A stretch of 63,828 nucleotides of DNA, the filler included, from Atractiella rhizophila (lineage: Eukaryota): the NCBI GenBank assembly GCA_021432655.1. It is 12 parts of 8 records of this genome, joined end to end, with 100 filler letters (N's around TTAATTAATTAA, not from the genome) between each part and the next. Parts side by side here need not be neighbours in the genome. Positions count along the whole stretch, not along the records: positions 1 to 1,488 come from MU272066.1; positions 1,589 to 4,976 come from MU272066.1; positions 5,077 to 15,687 come from MU272067.1; 9 more parts are not named here. One strand, given 5' to 3'. A program made the translations under genes and the position numbers. Positions 1-11,694 of the stretch are shown one piece after another; within the stretch, counting starts at the first letter, position 1, and each line of letters begins with the position of its first letter. The notes below the pieces were generated by a model. That model searched no databases and was not told where the DNA came from. It saw nothing but the letters and a program-made list of their open reading frames with translations.

Positions 1-3000
1 GCGAAAGCTAATTGTTTTGGGCACAGAATTACGCGCTTCCACTGCGGACTTTTGCAAAGGACAAAAACTCGTTAATCATACCCCCTTTCGAGGCGAGGGT
101 CTTGTTTGGGAACGTGGAGGCGTTGTTGGGTCTCAATGAGCAGTTCCTCGGTGTTTTAGAGGGGATGAGGATCGGAGAGGAAGTGGAACGGGGAGCGGGA
201 GTGGAATGGGCCGGGATAATTAAGGATTGGGTAAGCTTCTCTTCCACCCTTGAAGAGAGTCAGGATCTAACACAAAATGTAAATGATGACAGATGTCGAG
301 GTTCTCAGTCCCCTACACGTCTTATCTCTCCTCCTATCCACAAGCGAAAGGCATAGAGAACTCCCTCATGGCAACGACGTCCCAGTGGAGGAGCGGATTC
401 AGTAGGTTTTGTGAGAAGACGAAGATGCAGACTTCCGGCAATGGAGCGGGAGGTATTGGGAATGTCGGATTGCGAGAACTGTTGATGGAGCCCATTCAGA
501 GGATTCCCAGATATAGATTGTTGATGGACGGTATGTCTCTTTCCATGTGATGCCGCTGAAGTAAGTGCCGATGTGCCTTTCGGTTGGGTGATTAGAGATG
601 CTTAAACACCTCGATCCGCATGATTCTAGAAGGAGAGAGCTGGAGGACGCGATTGAGATCGCTACCAAGATTGCGAACTGTGATTTGGACGAGGAAACTT
701 TCAGAGCGAATTGTATGACCATGTTACAAAGGAATATCGAGGATTGTCCGGTACGTCTTCCTCCTATCCCCTGTTGACCATTGAATGGTTCGAAGCGATT
801 CCTGACAATTGATGTCAATACAGGCGGACCTCATCTCAAATTCGCGCTCATTCATCGACTGCATAGACCTAGCCGACCTCCCATTGCCTTCCTCTTCAGT
901 CCCCTTCCCCTCGCCCTCCCTCTCTTCCACCATCGGCTCCTCATCCTCACACTCTCACTCACACGGTTCCTCCCTCTCTGCCTCTCACTCCGGAGGGAAC
1001 GTGGTGAACAACGTGTTGCATTGCACCCTCTTCCTCTTCACCGATAAACTTCTTATCGTTAAACGGAACACGACTTCGAATCTTACCGGTCGCGCTTTGG
1101 CCGGATTGGAGGATTTCAATTCTTCAGGTGGAGCGCCAGAGAGCCCGAGGAAGAGGGAAGGTGGAGGAAAGAAGAGCGCGGCGCTCAAGTTGAAGGGAGT
1201 GTTAGAGTTGACGGATGTGACAGCAGTAGATAAGGATGGGGATGGTGCGTTTCCCTCTATCATTCCTTCCGCTGCCATGGATGTGCTGATATGACATTGG
1301 GAGGATAGAGCTGGCTTTCTATTTCTCCCCTCCTCCGTACGACTCATCTGAGAGGTGGAACGGCCGTCCGCATCGTCAGTACGCCGTCATACCCACAACC
1401 AACCTCCTCTCTGCTACGACGAATACCCCAGAGACCTTAGCGTACGAGAAGCGTCGATTCCTGCACAACCTTTGGCGTGCACAAGCTCNNNNNNNNNNNN
1501 NNNNNNNNNNNNNNNNNNNNNNNNNNNNNNNNTTAATTAATTAANNNNNNNNNNNNNNNNNNNNNNNNNNNNNNNNNNNNNNNNNNNNCGCGGTTTCCAA
1601 CACGTCCTTAGCTGCGAAGAGCATGCGATTCCAAAGACCCCATAACCAGCATCGTCTCTCCTCCAACCAACACCCATACTGCCGCATGACTGCTACGCCT
1701 GCCGGCAAGGTGGAGAGCCTACTCAGCATTCCTCCTCCCCTCTTTATCTTTCGGTCGAGATAGGAGGGTTACAGTATAGTCGTGTAGGTACCGTCGCCTT
1801 CCTTACTATCTCCCTTTGCGTGGTAGGGGTAGGAATAGATGACGCCAGTGTAGGCAGTTGAGGTTGTGAGGGAAGTTGAACTCGCGGCGCGAGAAGAAAG
1901 GAGGTGGAAGGGAGAAGGAGCCCGAGAGGCCGCGAGGTGGACTTCTTAACTTTAGGAGGTTAGGTCGGTTTCGCGCTGGCCATTCTAAGCTTCAGCACAA
2001 GGCAAATTGCTACTCTTCAAATAGCCACTTCTCCTTCTCCCACGTTACTTCGTGCAACAAGTGGTGCAAGGGAGGCCTCACTCTCCGCCTCTCCCTCCTT
2101 GGCACACTCACTCTCACACTCCTACTCCTCGGCTACCACCTTCTCTCCCTCCCGCTCCCCTTCCCCTGACTTCTCCTTCCATTACCCTCCAGCCGATCCA
2201 GATACGTCAGCTACTTACTCGCGCTTAAACTCTACTCCAGGCGGACATAACTGTAGTTAACAGTCCTTAGCGAAGCTTGGTAAGTTACCAGTTGTCCCCT
2301 ATCCTCCTTCTGCATGGCCTGTTAGGAGCTATAAGGAAACATTGTACCAGTATGTTAAGCGAGACTTTCAAAGGAGCAGGTTTAGTGTCAAGCGTTAGAA
2401 CCATCGCTAGAGTTAGCGCAGGAGGTCGAGAGAGGAAGATCTTAGTACGCCTAGCTCCACAAATTCGTAGAGATTAGTGGGTTGGTTTCCCGTGTAGCCG
2501 TGAATGAAGTCGCCGTACTCTTCCTTTCTCTGTATGGCAGGTAGTTGTTAGATATAGATCCTTAGGAGACTTACCCGAGGTAGTTGTCAAGAGCGTTAGG
2601 GTGTAAGGGTTATGGAGGGCGAGGTAAGGGGCTTCAGACGTAGAAGCAGAAGAGTGTTTTGGATGACTTAGGCGAGGAGGTGACCCTGCAGCAACGGTAC
2701 TCCCTCAAGAGATACGGAAAGCGAACACCTATCCTCCTGTTCTATTCTGCACATCCCCTGACTCTTGGAGCTGTAGGCACAAGCTCTCCTTAAAACGAAA
2801 GACGCTCGTTCCGCCGGTCTCATGCTTGAAGTCGAAGATCGCTCTCACGGGCATGGAAAGTCGAGTGGGAGAGACAACGGGAAGGAAGGCAGCAGTTTAA
2901 GCTCTGAGCGGGTCACGACCGCTTTCTGGAACGTTTATGAGAAGAAACAATACTTGGGAGAGGCGAAGAAGGGGAAGATGGTCCTTCAAATCGATCCGAG

Positions 3001-4976
3001 GAACGAGGCGGATGAGATTGGTTTCGGCATGGAGGGTGGGATGGGACCGTTCGCGGTTGCGAGAGCGCACAGTGAGAGAAATGGAAAGTGGATGTACGTT
3101 CTCTGTCAACAAGATCATTTCAGTGCTGTCGTTAATGGGCGTTCGGCAGGCTCTCGATTAGATTAAGGGGGATGCAAGGACCTCCTGGCGAGGATCAGCT
3201 GGTGACTTCTGGTATCATCCCCATGATGATTCAAACTTGTGGGTTCTTCTGCCACATTTGTCTGCAATCCTGTTGAATTAGGTATCTGTAGTGCAACAAC
3301 TTGGCCTCCACGATGTCCCTCCACGCTTTCCAGCTCTACCGACCCATCCCCCGCCTGAGCAACCCATCACTCCCACCGTCCGCACCCGTTCCAACACCTT
3401 TGGTCTCGACAGCATTTCGCGCAACCTCCTCTCACGCGACGTGTTTGGAAGCATCACTAGCAGTCACAAACGAACGCAGTCTACGATTACAAAGACATCC
3501 GGCGTTGAGAGTCGGTCTATCTTATCGAATAGTGTTAGTGGTTCTACGACAGCCACGTCCCTGATGGAAGACGGATCGATGTTACGCCGCCATTTGCCAC
3601 CGACCAAAAGCCAGCTATCGCAGGTCTGGAGCAACCATATTGCCTCGAAGTCTACGCCTCAACTTGAGGGCTCCATCAACGAGGATCCCGACAAAACGAT
3701 TTCTGCTGCTGATTCTGATGAGGACACGATGATGGAGCTCGTAACTGAGCCTTCTAAGGGCAAGCGGCGTCGACCATCAAGCGTACCTCCACCGTGCACG
3801 GATCGTCGTCCCATGTCTCCAACCGACGAACTCGTGCCTCCCACATCCATCTATCTCTCGCGACCCGAGAGAAGGGGGCCCATTGGCCCTCGAGAGCCGT
3901 CTCCGTCACCTGTACCTCCTCCAGGGTCCGATGAAGAAGATGAGGGAGAGGATACCACTCCTGACGGTCAAGAGTCCACTTCATTCACTTCCGAGCCTGA
4001 CGAAATAACCGTCGAGGAACAACCTCTGCGTCCTTCCACTCCTCCCCCCTCCACTTCTCCACCGCGGATAGCGAAACGTCCACTTCCCGACCCAACTTCC
4101 CCTCGCTCTCTTCCACCCGCTGCTAAACGACCTGCATTAGACGATTTAGGAGCTGGTAATACAGAACCTAGCGCGCCGCAGAGGAAGGTGTCGCCTCTGA
4201 GACGATCCACCTTTCGGAAAGAGAGGACTGTGCCTTTATTGGAAGCGGAAGGGGAAAGGAGGAGCAGTGCTGATGAGCGCATGGATGTTGATCGTGCCGG
4301 TGCTCTGCAACGATCGAGAAGTCCTCCAGTATGTACCTCTTTATGACTAACCACGCACGATGCAGAGCAATGTCACAGGCCCTCCTTCCCTCCGCGATGC
4401 ATGTCGACTCTCAACCCGTAGATCGACTGCTCATTTCTCGCAGTCCGGTATGTCCAAATGTCGTCCAATTTTCTAGCTAACATGAGTGTAGCCTCCGATA
4501 CCCACTGGAAAAGGAAGGGTGGATGCCCTTCGTTCGAGTCTGATGAGGAAGATTGCAGAAGAACAAACATCTCCAAGGACAGCCAGTACAGGCTTGACAC
4601 GGTCACCATCAACGCTTAACATGATTGTAGGCATTTTGACTACGTTGCTGGTACATATCTGATGTTGCATTCAGAACAAATTCGAGCCCATTGAGCGAAT
4701 ACGAAGTCCGCCAGTCCTGTCGCGATTGCGGGAGGAGGATGGAGGCGAATGGCAGAGGCGGTATGAAAAAGCAGAAGAGAGGTGCTTGGAGCTTCAAAGG
4801 ACTGTAGAGTCCCTTCGTGCAGAGAAGGATGAGGTTTATATCTCCCATGTCCGCTGCTGAAGGAGTTGGGCTGACCATTTGGCTTCATTGCAGTATGCGA
4901 GGGAAGTTGAACGAGTGACAGAGCATTCGAAGCAGCTTACAGGGCAATTGGGAACGCTCAGCGGCATGTATCGACA
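1..4976 (+). CDS. RhoGEF (Dbl-homology) protein, Bud3/Gef2-like; multi-exon, partial, split over two contigs
   Basis: DH-domain motifs LFGNVEALLGLNEQFL and GLRELLMEPIQRIPRYRLL, PH-like LFLFTDKLLIVKR, long S/P-rich exon 3291-4330. Normal-orientation sequence resumes at 2777 with gcacaagctc, the same 10-mer that ends the first contig (1479-1488). Confidence 0.8.
1489..1588. other. Artificial contig linker (N-run, TTAATTAATTAA, N-run); also at 4977-5076, 15688-15787, 18228-18327, 24225-24324, 31669-31768, 33856-33955, 44486-44585, 55104-55203, 61075-61174, 62681-62780
   Basis: Same 100-nt spacer eleven times; the palindromic 12-mer puts stops in all six frames. Confidence 0.99.
1589..2776. repeat. 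Mirror (reversed, uncomplemented) copy of 292-1478
   Basis: Read backwards without complementing it matches 292-1478 with scattered substitutions, e.g. 2776 leftward gatgtcgaggttctcagtcccctacacg equals 292 rightward. Confidence 0.97.
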
Positions 4977-6845
4977 NNNNNNNNNNNNNNNNNNNNNNNN
5001 NNNNNNNNNNNNNNNNNNNNTTAATTAATTAANNNNNNNNNNNNNNNNNNNNNNNNNNNNNNNNNNNNNNNNNNNNGAGGAGGAGGCGAGCGAACTGGGG
5101 GCAGCTGAGTCCATGGTTGTAAATTTTTGGACTACTCCAGGGGCTTAACATCGATTCACGCCCCTTAGGCCCCCAACGCTGCCAGTGAGAGTGAGAGGAA
5201 CTTCAAGCTTGTCCTGCTGGTATATCCCATCCATATCCCATGAAAGGGGCTTCAAGGATGGTTGACAAAGGTTGTCCTAAGATATTTTGGGAAGACATGC
5301 CGCCCCAACCGTAACGGTGATACCTGTTGTCACTTTAATGTTACATCGCGTTCTCTTTTCGTCAGCAGGCGTATGTTTTATGTTTCTCCAATCATGAGTA
5401 GTTCCTTTTCAAATGTGAATCCAAAAATTGTCAAGGACGAGAATCTGTGCAGCTCTCTCAAACTCCGCGTTCATCCCCCTGTCTGAATGCCCGAATAATG
5501 ATAACGTTTCCTTGCCCCTGTTGCGGTCCCCTGAGGACCACGGGATGGAAGGTTGGTTATTTGCGTCAATCCCCACTGACTACTTAGAAGTGAAAATTTG
5601 AAATGAGCAGAAGATGCCTGGGCAATTATGGAGGCGAGAGGCCGACCTGAATTGATAATGTTCTAATTTTGATCATCATGCGCCGTTAGATCCTTTCACC
5701 GCGACCAGATTTCTGTCAACAGGGTCTCGGTTTAAACGCTGACATTTCTTACTGTCGACGAGAGACACCATGTTTCGCATCCTTCTGCACGGCATTTTAT
5801 CTGGTGTTTCACAGGTCGTAGAACCCCAGGGCTATACGGGAGATTCACATTGAAAAAAAGGGAACAAGTGACTGACGCCAGCACATTTTCTGTTCAGCAA
5901 GAAGATAACATTGAAGAGGAACCGCGAACTACTCTTGTGTTCGTTAAAGGAGAACCGGCCTTAACTTTAAGCTCAGCTCATACGCTTTGTAGACGGAAGG
6001 CAGCCGAGCTTAATAATCGACTTCCTTCCGTCCGTTTCGCCATTTTTCCATTAGCACAGGTGGCCCGCATGCCCTTGGAGTGAAGATGATTCNNNNNNNN
6101 NNNNNNNNNNNNNNNNNNNNNNNNNNNNNNNNNNNNNNNNNNNNNNNNNNNNNNNNNNNNNNNNNNNNNNNNNNNNNNNNNNNNNNNNNNNNNNNNNNNN
6201 NNNNNNNNNNNNNNNNNNNNNNNNNNNNNNNNNNNNNNNNNNNNNNNNNNNNNNNNNNNNNNNNNNNNNNNNNNNNNNNNNNNNNNNNNNNNNNNNNNNN
6301 NNNNNNNNNNNNNNNNNNNNNNNNNNNNNNNNNNNNNNNNNNNNNNNNNNNNNNNNNNNNNNNNNNNNNNNNNNNNNNNNNNNNNNNNNNNNNNNNNNNN
6401 NNNNNNNNNNNNNNNNNNNNNNNNNNNNNNNNNNNNNNNNNNNNNNNNNNNNNNNNNNNNNNNNNNNNNNNNNNNNNNNNNNNNNNNNNNNNNNNNNNNN
6501 NNNNNNNNNNNNNNNNNNNNNNNNNNNNNNNNNNNNNNNNNNNNNNNNNNNNNNNNNNNNNNNNNNNNNNNNNNNNNNNNNNNNNNNNNNNNNNNNNNNN
6601 NNNNNNNNNNNNNNNNNNNNNNNNNNNNNNNNNNNNNNNNNNNNNNNNNNNNNNNNNNNNNNNNNNNNNNNNNNNNNNNNNNNNNNNNNNNNNNNNNNNN
6701 NNNNNNNNNNNNNNNNNNNNNNNNNNNNNNNNNNNNNNNNNNNNNNNNNNNNNNNNNNNNNNNNNNNNNNNNNNNNNNNNNNNNNNNNNNNNNNNNNNNN
6801 NNNNNNNNNNNNNNNNNNNNNNNNNNNNNNNNNNNNNNNNNNNNN

Positions 6846-7872
6846 TTGCGTGTCCACTAACGCACTACTCGCTCCTTTCCGTTCCATCAGTTTCGCCACC
6901 AAAAAGGACTGGCGGTACAACGGGTGGGACAAGGCTACTAGGTAGTCAACGTCAAAGGCTCTCTGGTGTCCCTTGGATGTCATCTTCTTTTCTAGGGTCG
7001 GGTAAACGGATGCTCCCGTGGCCTGTAGGTTTCGTACGGGCACCTTAGTTTCTTCGACGAGGTAACTCGTCCTCGTGCAGGTATTGCTCGACCGCTGTGC
7101 TCTGTTACTCGACAAATTTAGAACAGCATCTCTCAAGTTTGCATGATCCCTACGGTTTTTCTTTAGGTAGCATTAGGAACTCTTGTGAACCTAGCCACTC
7201 CTGTCCCATTAGGCTGAAGCCTCCTCGCACGTAGTAGAGTTCCTGTAAAACCCCCTCCCCGATTGTTTCGTCACATTTATCCAAAGTCAGTTCCCGAGTT
7301 ACTCACCTTTCGGGTGAAAGTCCCTCGACTATCTATAGGTGTCACGGTGGTCGTCGAAAATGAGGAAACCGATGTGAAAGGCTTTCACAGAACTATACGG
7401 GTATATCTCTCATTTTTTGCTACCGCTAAAACCCACGCCGGTAAAGATATTTAGACATCAGCTCTACACTCCAATCCAACCGTCCTAGCTCAAGCAGCCA
7501 AAAACTGACTCCCCACCAACAGTGAGTTCAGAGAAAAATATACAAAATCGGGTAAAATGCTTCTTTCCTTTCCATTTATCCTCAAACCGAAATCTTGCTA
7601 CAGACATCCCCATCGGCTTTGCTGACCCCGAGAAATCACTCCTGGATGGGTCAGAAATCATAGGTGGGAGTGCATAGTGAGTTTCCGTTTCTTTAACATT
7701 CGGTCCTTCTTTTGCTGAAGTGGGACGCAATAGTGGTGCTGCAACCATCGCTGGCGGCGATGGATCACGGCAGCCAACCAAGAAGGAACTCGGGATTGCT
7801 GAGTATCAGGGCAAGTACTTCACGACCCAACTAGGATACTATGTCGCTGGAAAGGCTGCTGCTTCCAAATGA
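6846..7872 (+). CDS. NAD(P)H:quinone oxidoreductase, WrbA/PST2 flavodoxin-like; promoter and 5' exons lie in a mirrored block (6846-~7560), 3' exons (7604-7872) are normal
   Basis: Backward read from 7443 gives [42 protein letters not shown]...YDGFLFGIP.RYGRAPAQW...GGQHGGQE with GT-AG introns. Forward exons give IPIGF...[37 protein letters not shown]...stop at 7870-7872. Confidence 0.92.
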
Positions 7873-9104
7873 AGCTAGAATATTAGAGTTCTGAGAGTGT
7901 GTGTAGTCTGCAAAAAATGTCAGTGATTCAGTTAAGACAGTTCCATGGCAATCTTTAAGTTGAATTCAAGTTGTGTGAACTGTTTGCAAATCGTGCAAAG
8001 GTGAACTGAACCAAAGAAGTAACGTGGAAACGTCTGATTTAGATTGGGTTTACTGCGGCCACCGTACATTCGTCCTGAACGAATTTAACGAATCGACCAC
8101 TTCTACGATGGCAATACATATAGGTTGATTGGAGTGGGGTCTGTCATGCGCGTAAGATTCTAGACAATTCTGAATTCATTTTATCAAACAAGTCTCTTGT
8201 CCACGTCAAATGTGGATGTTTTTTGTCGAAAGTAGCCAAACCCAATTTTCCTTTTTTTTATGGGGGATGGCAACTAATTTGAAACCTTCTCAAATTTGCA
8301 TGCGTACAAAATTTTCTTTCATAAATTTATAAAACATCAAGAGACACCCGTTAGGGTCTGAACAGGAAGCTCAAATATGGAGGGCCGTGGTGAATGGTTT
8401 CTGTTCGACATGTTGTTGAGGATCCTTTACACAAAGTCTTGAACTTGAGTTTCTCTTATATTTGATTGGTTCAGGTCGATTTTTCTAACACGGAAGGTCC
8501 TTTCCATCGTTGTGCTATCGCAGTCTTCATTTTACTTGAATAGCTCCTTTGCGGTGAAGTGTTTGAGATAGCCCAACATCCTTGTGGGATTTCTGTGCCG
8601 TTTGGAGCCTGATCGTGAGACCGTGAAGAATAACAGATAGTCGAAGTGGGAAATACAAGGTTGGATTCCATCCTGTCATTGACTTCTTCTCCCATTCGGC
8701 CTTCGCGCGGAAGAGAAGAAAGGATTTGCGAAAACTCAAAGAGTGGAGCCCATTCCTGGCTCCGCGATTGTATGGCTGTACCCTGCACATTGTAGATTTA
8801 ATTGAGCAGAGGAGAAAGGCAGAGTTGTATTTGTACGCTTTTAGCCTTTTTTGGCTGACACGGCCATTATTGTGGCCTTCCATGGAGTTCCACTCTCCTT
8901 TTAAGTGGGAGGAAGATGCTACGCATCGCGCGAGGATTACATATCTTACATCTTGACGGTCTTTCCGTCTTCCAGCCGTTTCTGAGCAATGCTTTTTAAA
9001 ATGTACCTAATGTATAAAGTAGGCTTGAATCGCTCCCTCTCAGAGAAAACCAACAAGCTCAAAATGAGATGTTGTTTGACAAGATTGAGAATTGATACCT
9101 AAGA

Positions 9105-9950
9105 ATGCCTGCTCCCAAAATCGCCATCGTCTTTTATTCGTTATACGGACACGTTAAAACCTTGTGGGAGAGTGTAGCTAAGGGAGTGACACGGTGGATA
9201 TCTATCAGCTTCCTGAAAGTGCGACAGCTCCCATTTTGCTTTCTCTCATCGTCAGCAACTCATTTATCTCCATTGTGCAGCGCTCCCTCAAAATGTTCTA
9301 GAGATGATGCACACTCCTCCAAAGTCGGATTATCCTGTCCTCACCAACCCGAGTGTTCTCAAAGATTACGATGGATTTCTTTTTGGCATCCCTAGTACGT
9401 TCGAACTCTCCACAACAATATCATGAAAGCTCATTGTCTCGCTTCGCCAGCTCGTTATGGACGCTCTTGCTCAATGGAGCAGCTTCTTCGATTCCACGGG
9501 CATGCTTTGTATGTCCGGTGCACTTGTAGGCAAGTGGGCAGGCATATTTTCTTCTACCGTGAGTTTCCTGTGTGTAGTCTTTCTGAACCTGCAAACTGAT
9601 TGACCCCTGCGATAGGGTGGACAACATGGCGGTCAGGAAACCACGGCTTTACCACATTGCCTTTCCTCGCCCATCATAAGATGAGGTTCTCGTTCGTCCT
9701 TCCACTTATAATTAAATGGTCCTGTAGATATCCCTATTGGATTTGCGGACCCACAGAAATCACTCTTGGATGGCTCAGAAATCATTGGAGGCAGTGCATA
9801 GTGAGCTTTTCATTTCTTTTACCACTCGGCCTTTTTTGCTGAAGCGTGACGCTACAATGGAGCGGCAACCATCGCTGGCGGCGATGGATCGAGACAGGCA
9901 AGCAAAAGAGAACTCGGAGTTGCTGGATATCAAGGTAAGTATTTCGCGAC
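9105..9950 (+). pseudogene. Second WrbA/PST2-like copy, frameshifted
   Basis: [20 protein letters not shown], same exon layout as the upstream paralog. A 13-nt deletion near 9189 and a 2-nt deletion near 9463 relative to that paralog give an early stop in exon 2. Confidence 0.8.
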
Positions 9951-10246
9951 TATGCAAAGTAAAGGTATTGGACAAATGAGACGATTTCAAGAAATTTGGG
10001 GACATAGTTATAATGGCACTGTTACAACGCTTTTGGCTCCAGACTCTATAAGATCTCATATCCGTACATCATTGGATACAGCGTGCGGTATCCTAGTAAG
10101 ACTAAGGCGATGATAAACAGAAATCTGGGGCCACAAAAAGAAAGAGATCTAGACTGGACAGATTACGTTTACTGCGGGACACAAAACGTCATTTCATTTT
10201 GAGGAAGTCTCTTCCGTTTTCCAAACAGACCTCACTTGACTCTCAC

Positions 10247-11514
10247 ATGGCAACTACTCATCCTGTTTTGAGTTCATCTTCGCCGTCTGGTGCGATCATC
10301 ACAGGTGCATATCCCTTCTGTCTATCCAGTACATCCGTGTCTGCACAATTTAACTAGTCTATGGCTCTTTGGCAGGGGGAGGATATGGAGGCATAGGATT
10401 TTCCATTGCGGTGACTCTACTTACGAAACACAACTTCAAAGTGATCATAGCGGACGTCAATGAAGGCAGCATCACGAAGTCCATCTCAGCCCTCGGCGAT
10501 GAGTATGGAATGCCCTCTGAGAAAGTGAAAGGTGTGGTTACGGATGTCACAAAGCTGGAGAGCTATGAGAACTTGAAGAAGGAAGCGAAAGCATTTTTGG
10601 AGAGCTCCCATTAACCTTCCTCGCCTTGGTCAGCCTCCTCTTAATTTTTCCTTCCCTACTGAGACGCTTCATGATCTGCAGAATGCAGGCGTTGGATTCC
10701 GCTCGACTGCCTGGTCGGGAATCGAAGAGTTTAGGAAGACGATGGATGTCAACTTCTACGGCGTCTTGAATGGATTGCAGGTCTTTACGGAGGACATTAT
10801 CAAGCACGGGAAACCAGCTGCGATCATTATTACCGGATCAAAACAGTGCGTCTATGATGCTGCTGGGAAATCGATGAATGTTGCTGACGTACATGCAGGG
10901 GAATCACCATGCCACCAGGGAATACAGGATACAATGTGTCCAAGGCGGCAGTCAAATCTTTAGGTATGCACAAGTTCAGATCTTCATCCTTGATCTGAAG
11001 TACGACGACTAGCGGAACAGCTGTCGCACTCCTTGACAGCCACAGCACCTCAAGTGACGGCTCATCTGCTAGTGCCAGTTCGTTCTCTCGCTCAGTTGGT
11101 TCCCAAATATGCACTCTCATGTGCGTTCTTCTAACTAGGGCTGGACTTTCACTAAACTGGCGAGCGACCCATCCAAGCACAAAGACGGCTATCCAGACAT
11201 CTCTCAAAAGCCAGCAGGAGCATGGACGTCCGATCAGGTGGCTGATGAGTTGTTCGACAAGATGAACCTGTCCGTCAGACACTCTCTTCGTTCTCGCCTC
11301 GTCTTCCTTTATTATATGGTTGGTGCTGATTTCCTGCATTGGTAGCGGTCAGTTTTATATCATATGTCCCGATAACGACGTAGATCGCCAAACGGACTTG
11401 GGACGTATGGCTTGGACCGCTGGCGATCTTTTGGAAGGTCGTCCCCCACTTTCTAGGTGGCATTCAGACTTTAAGCACAAGTTCGAGGAGCACATGAGCA
11501 AATTCAAAGCCTGA
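10247..11514 (+). CDS. Short-chain dehydrogenase/reductase
   Basis: ITGGGYGGIG Rossmann motif, NAG, DVNFYG, TGSKQG, catalytic YNVSK. One apparent frameshift in the T5 run at 10594-10598. Confidence 0.9.
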
Positions 11515-11694
11515 AGGTTTCACGTCCAAACCAAAATCAACGTGTTGTATGTAAAGAAATAGGATCACATTTTCAATGGCAATTTATAGTACTCATAAAT
11601 CAAACCACCAGTCAAAAGAATACAAGATGAGTGAATAGTCGAGAGAATCAGAGGGAAATCAAGAGGTTACCAATCTGTCCTTAGCAAGGAAGCA

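Noticed and set aside
1876..2477. ORF-track ORFs inside mirrored blocks (also 7263-7454, 17306-17665, 31346-31579)
   Set aside because: Chance frames in reversed text.
6051..7136. Long ORFs of 322 and 361 aa
   Set aside because: Mostly X residues from the N gap.
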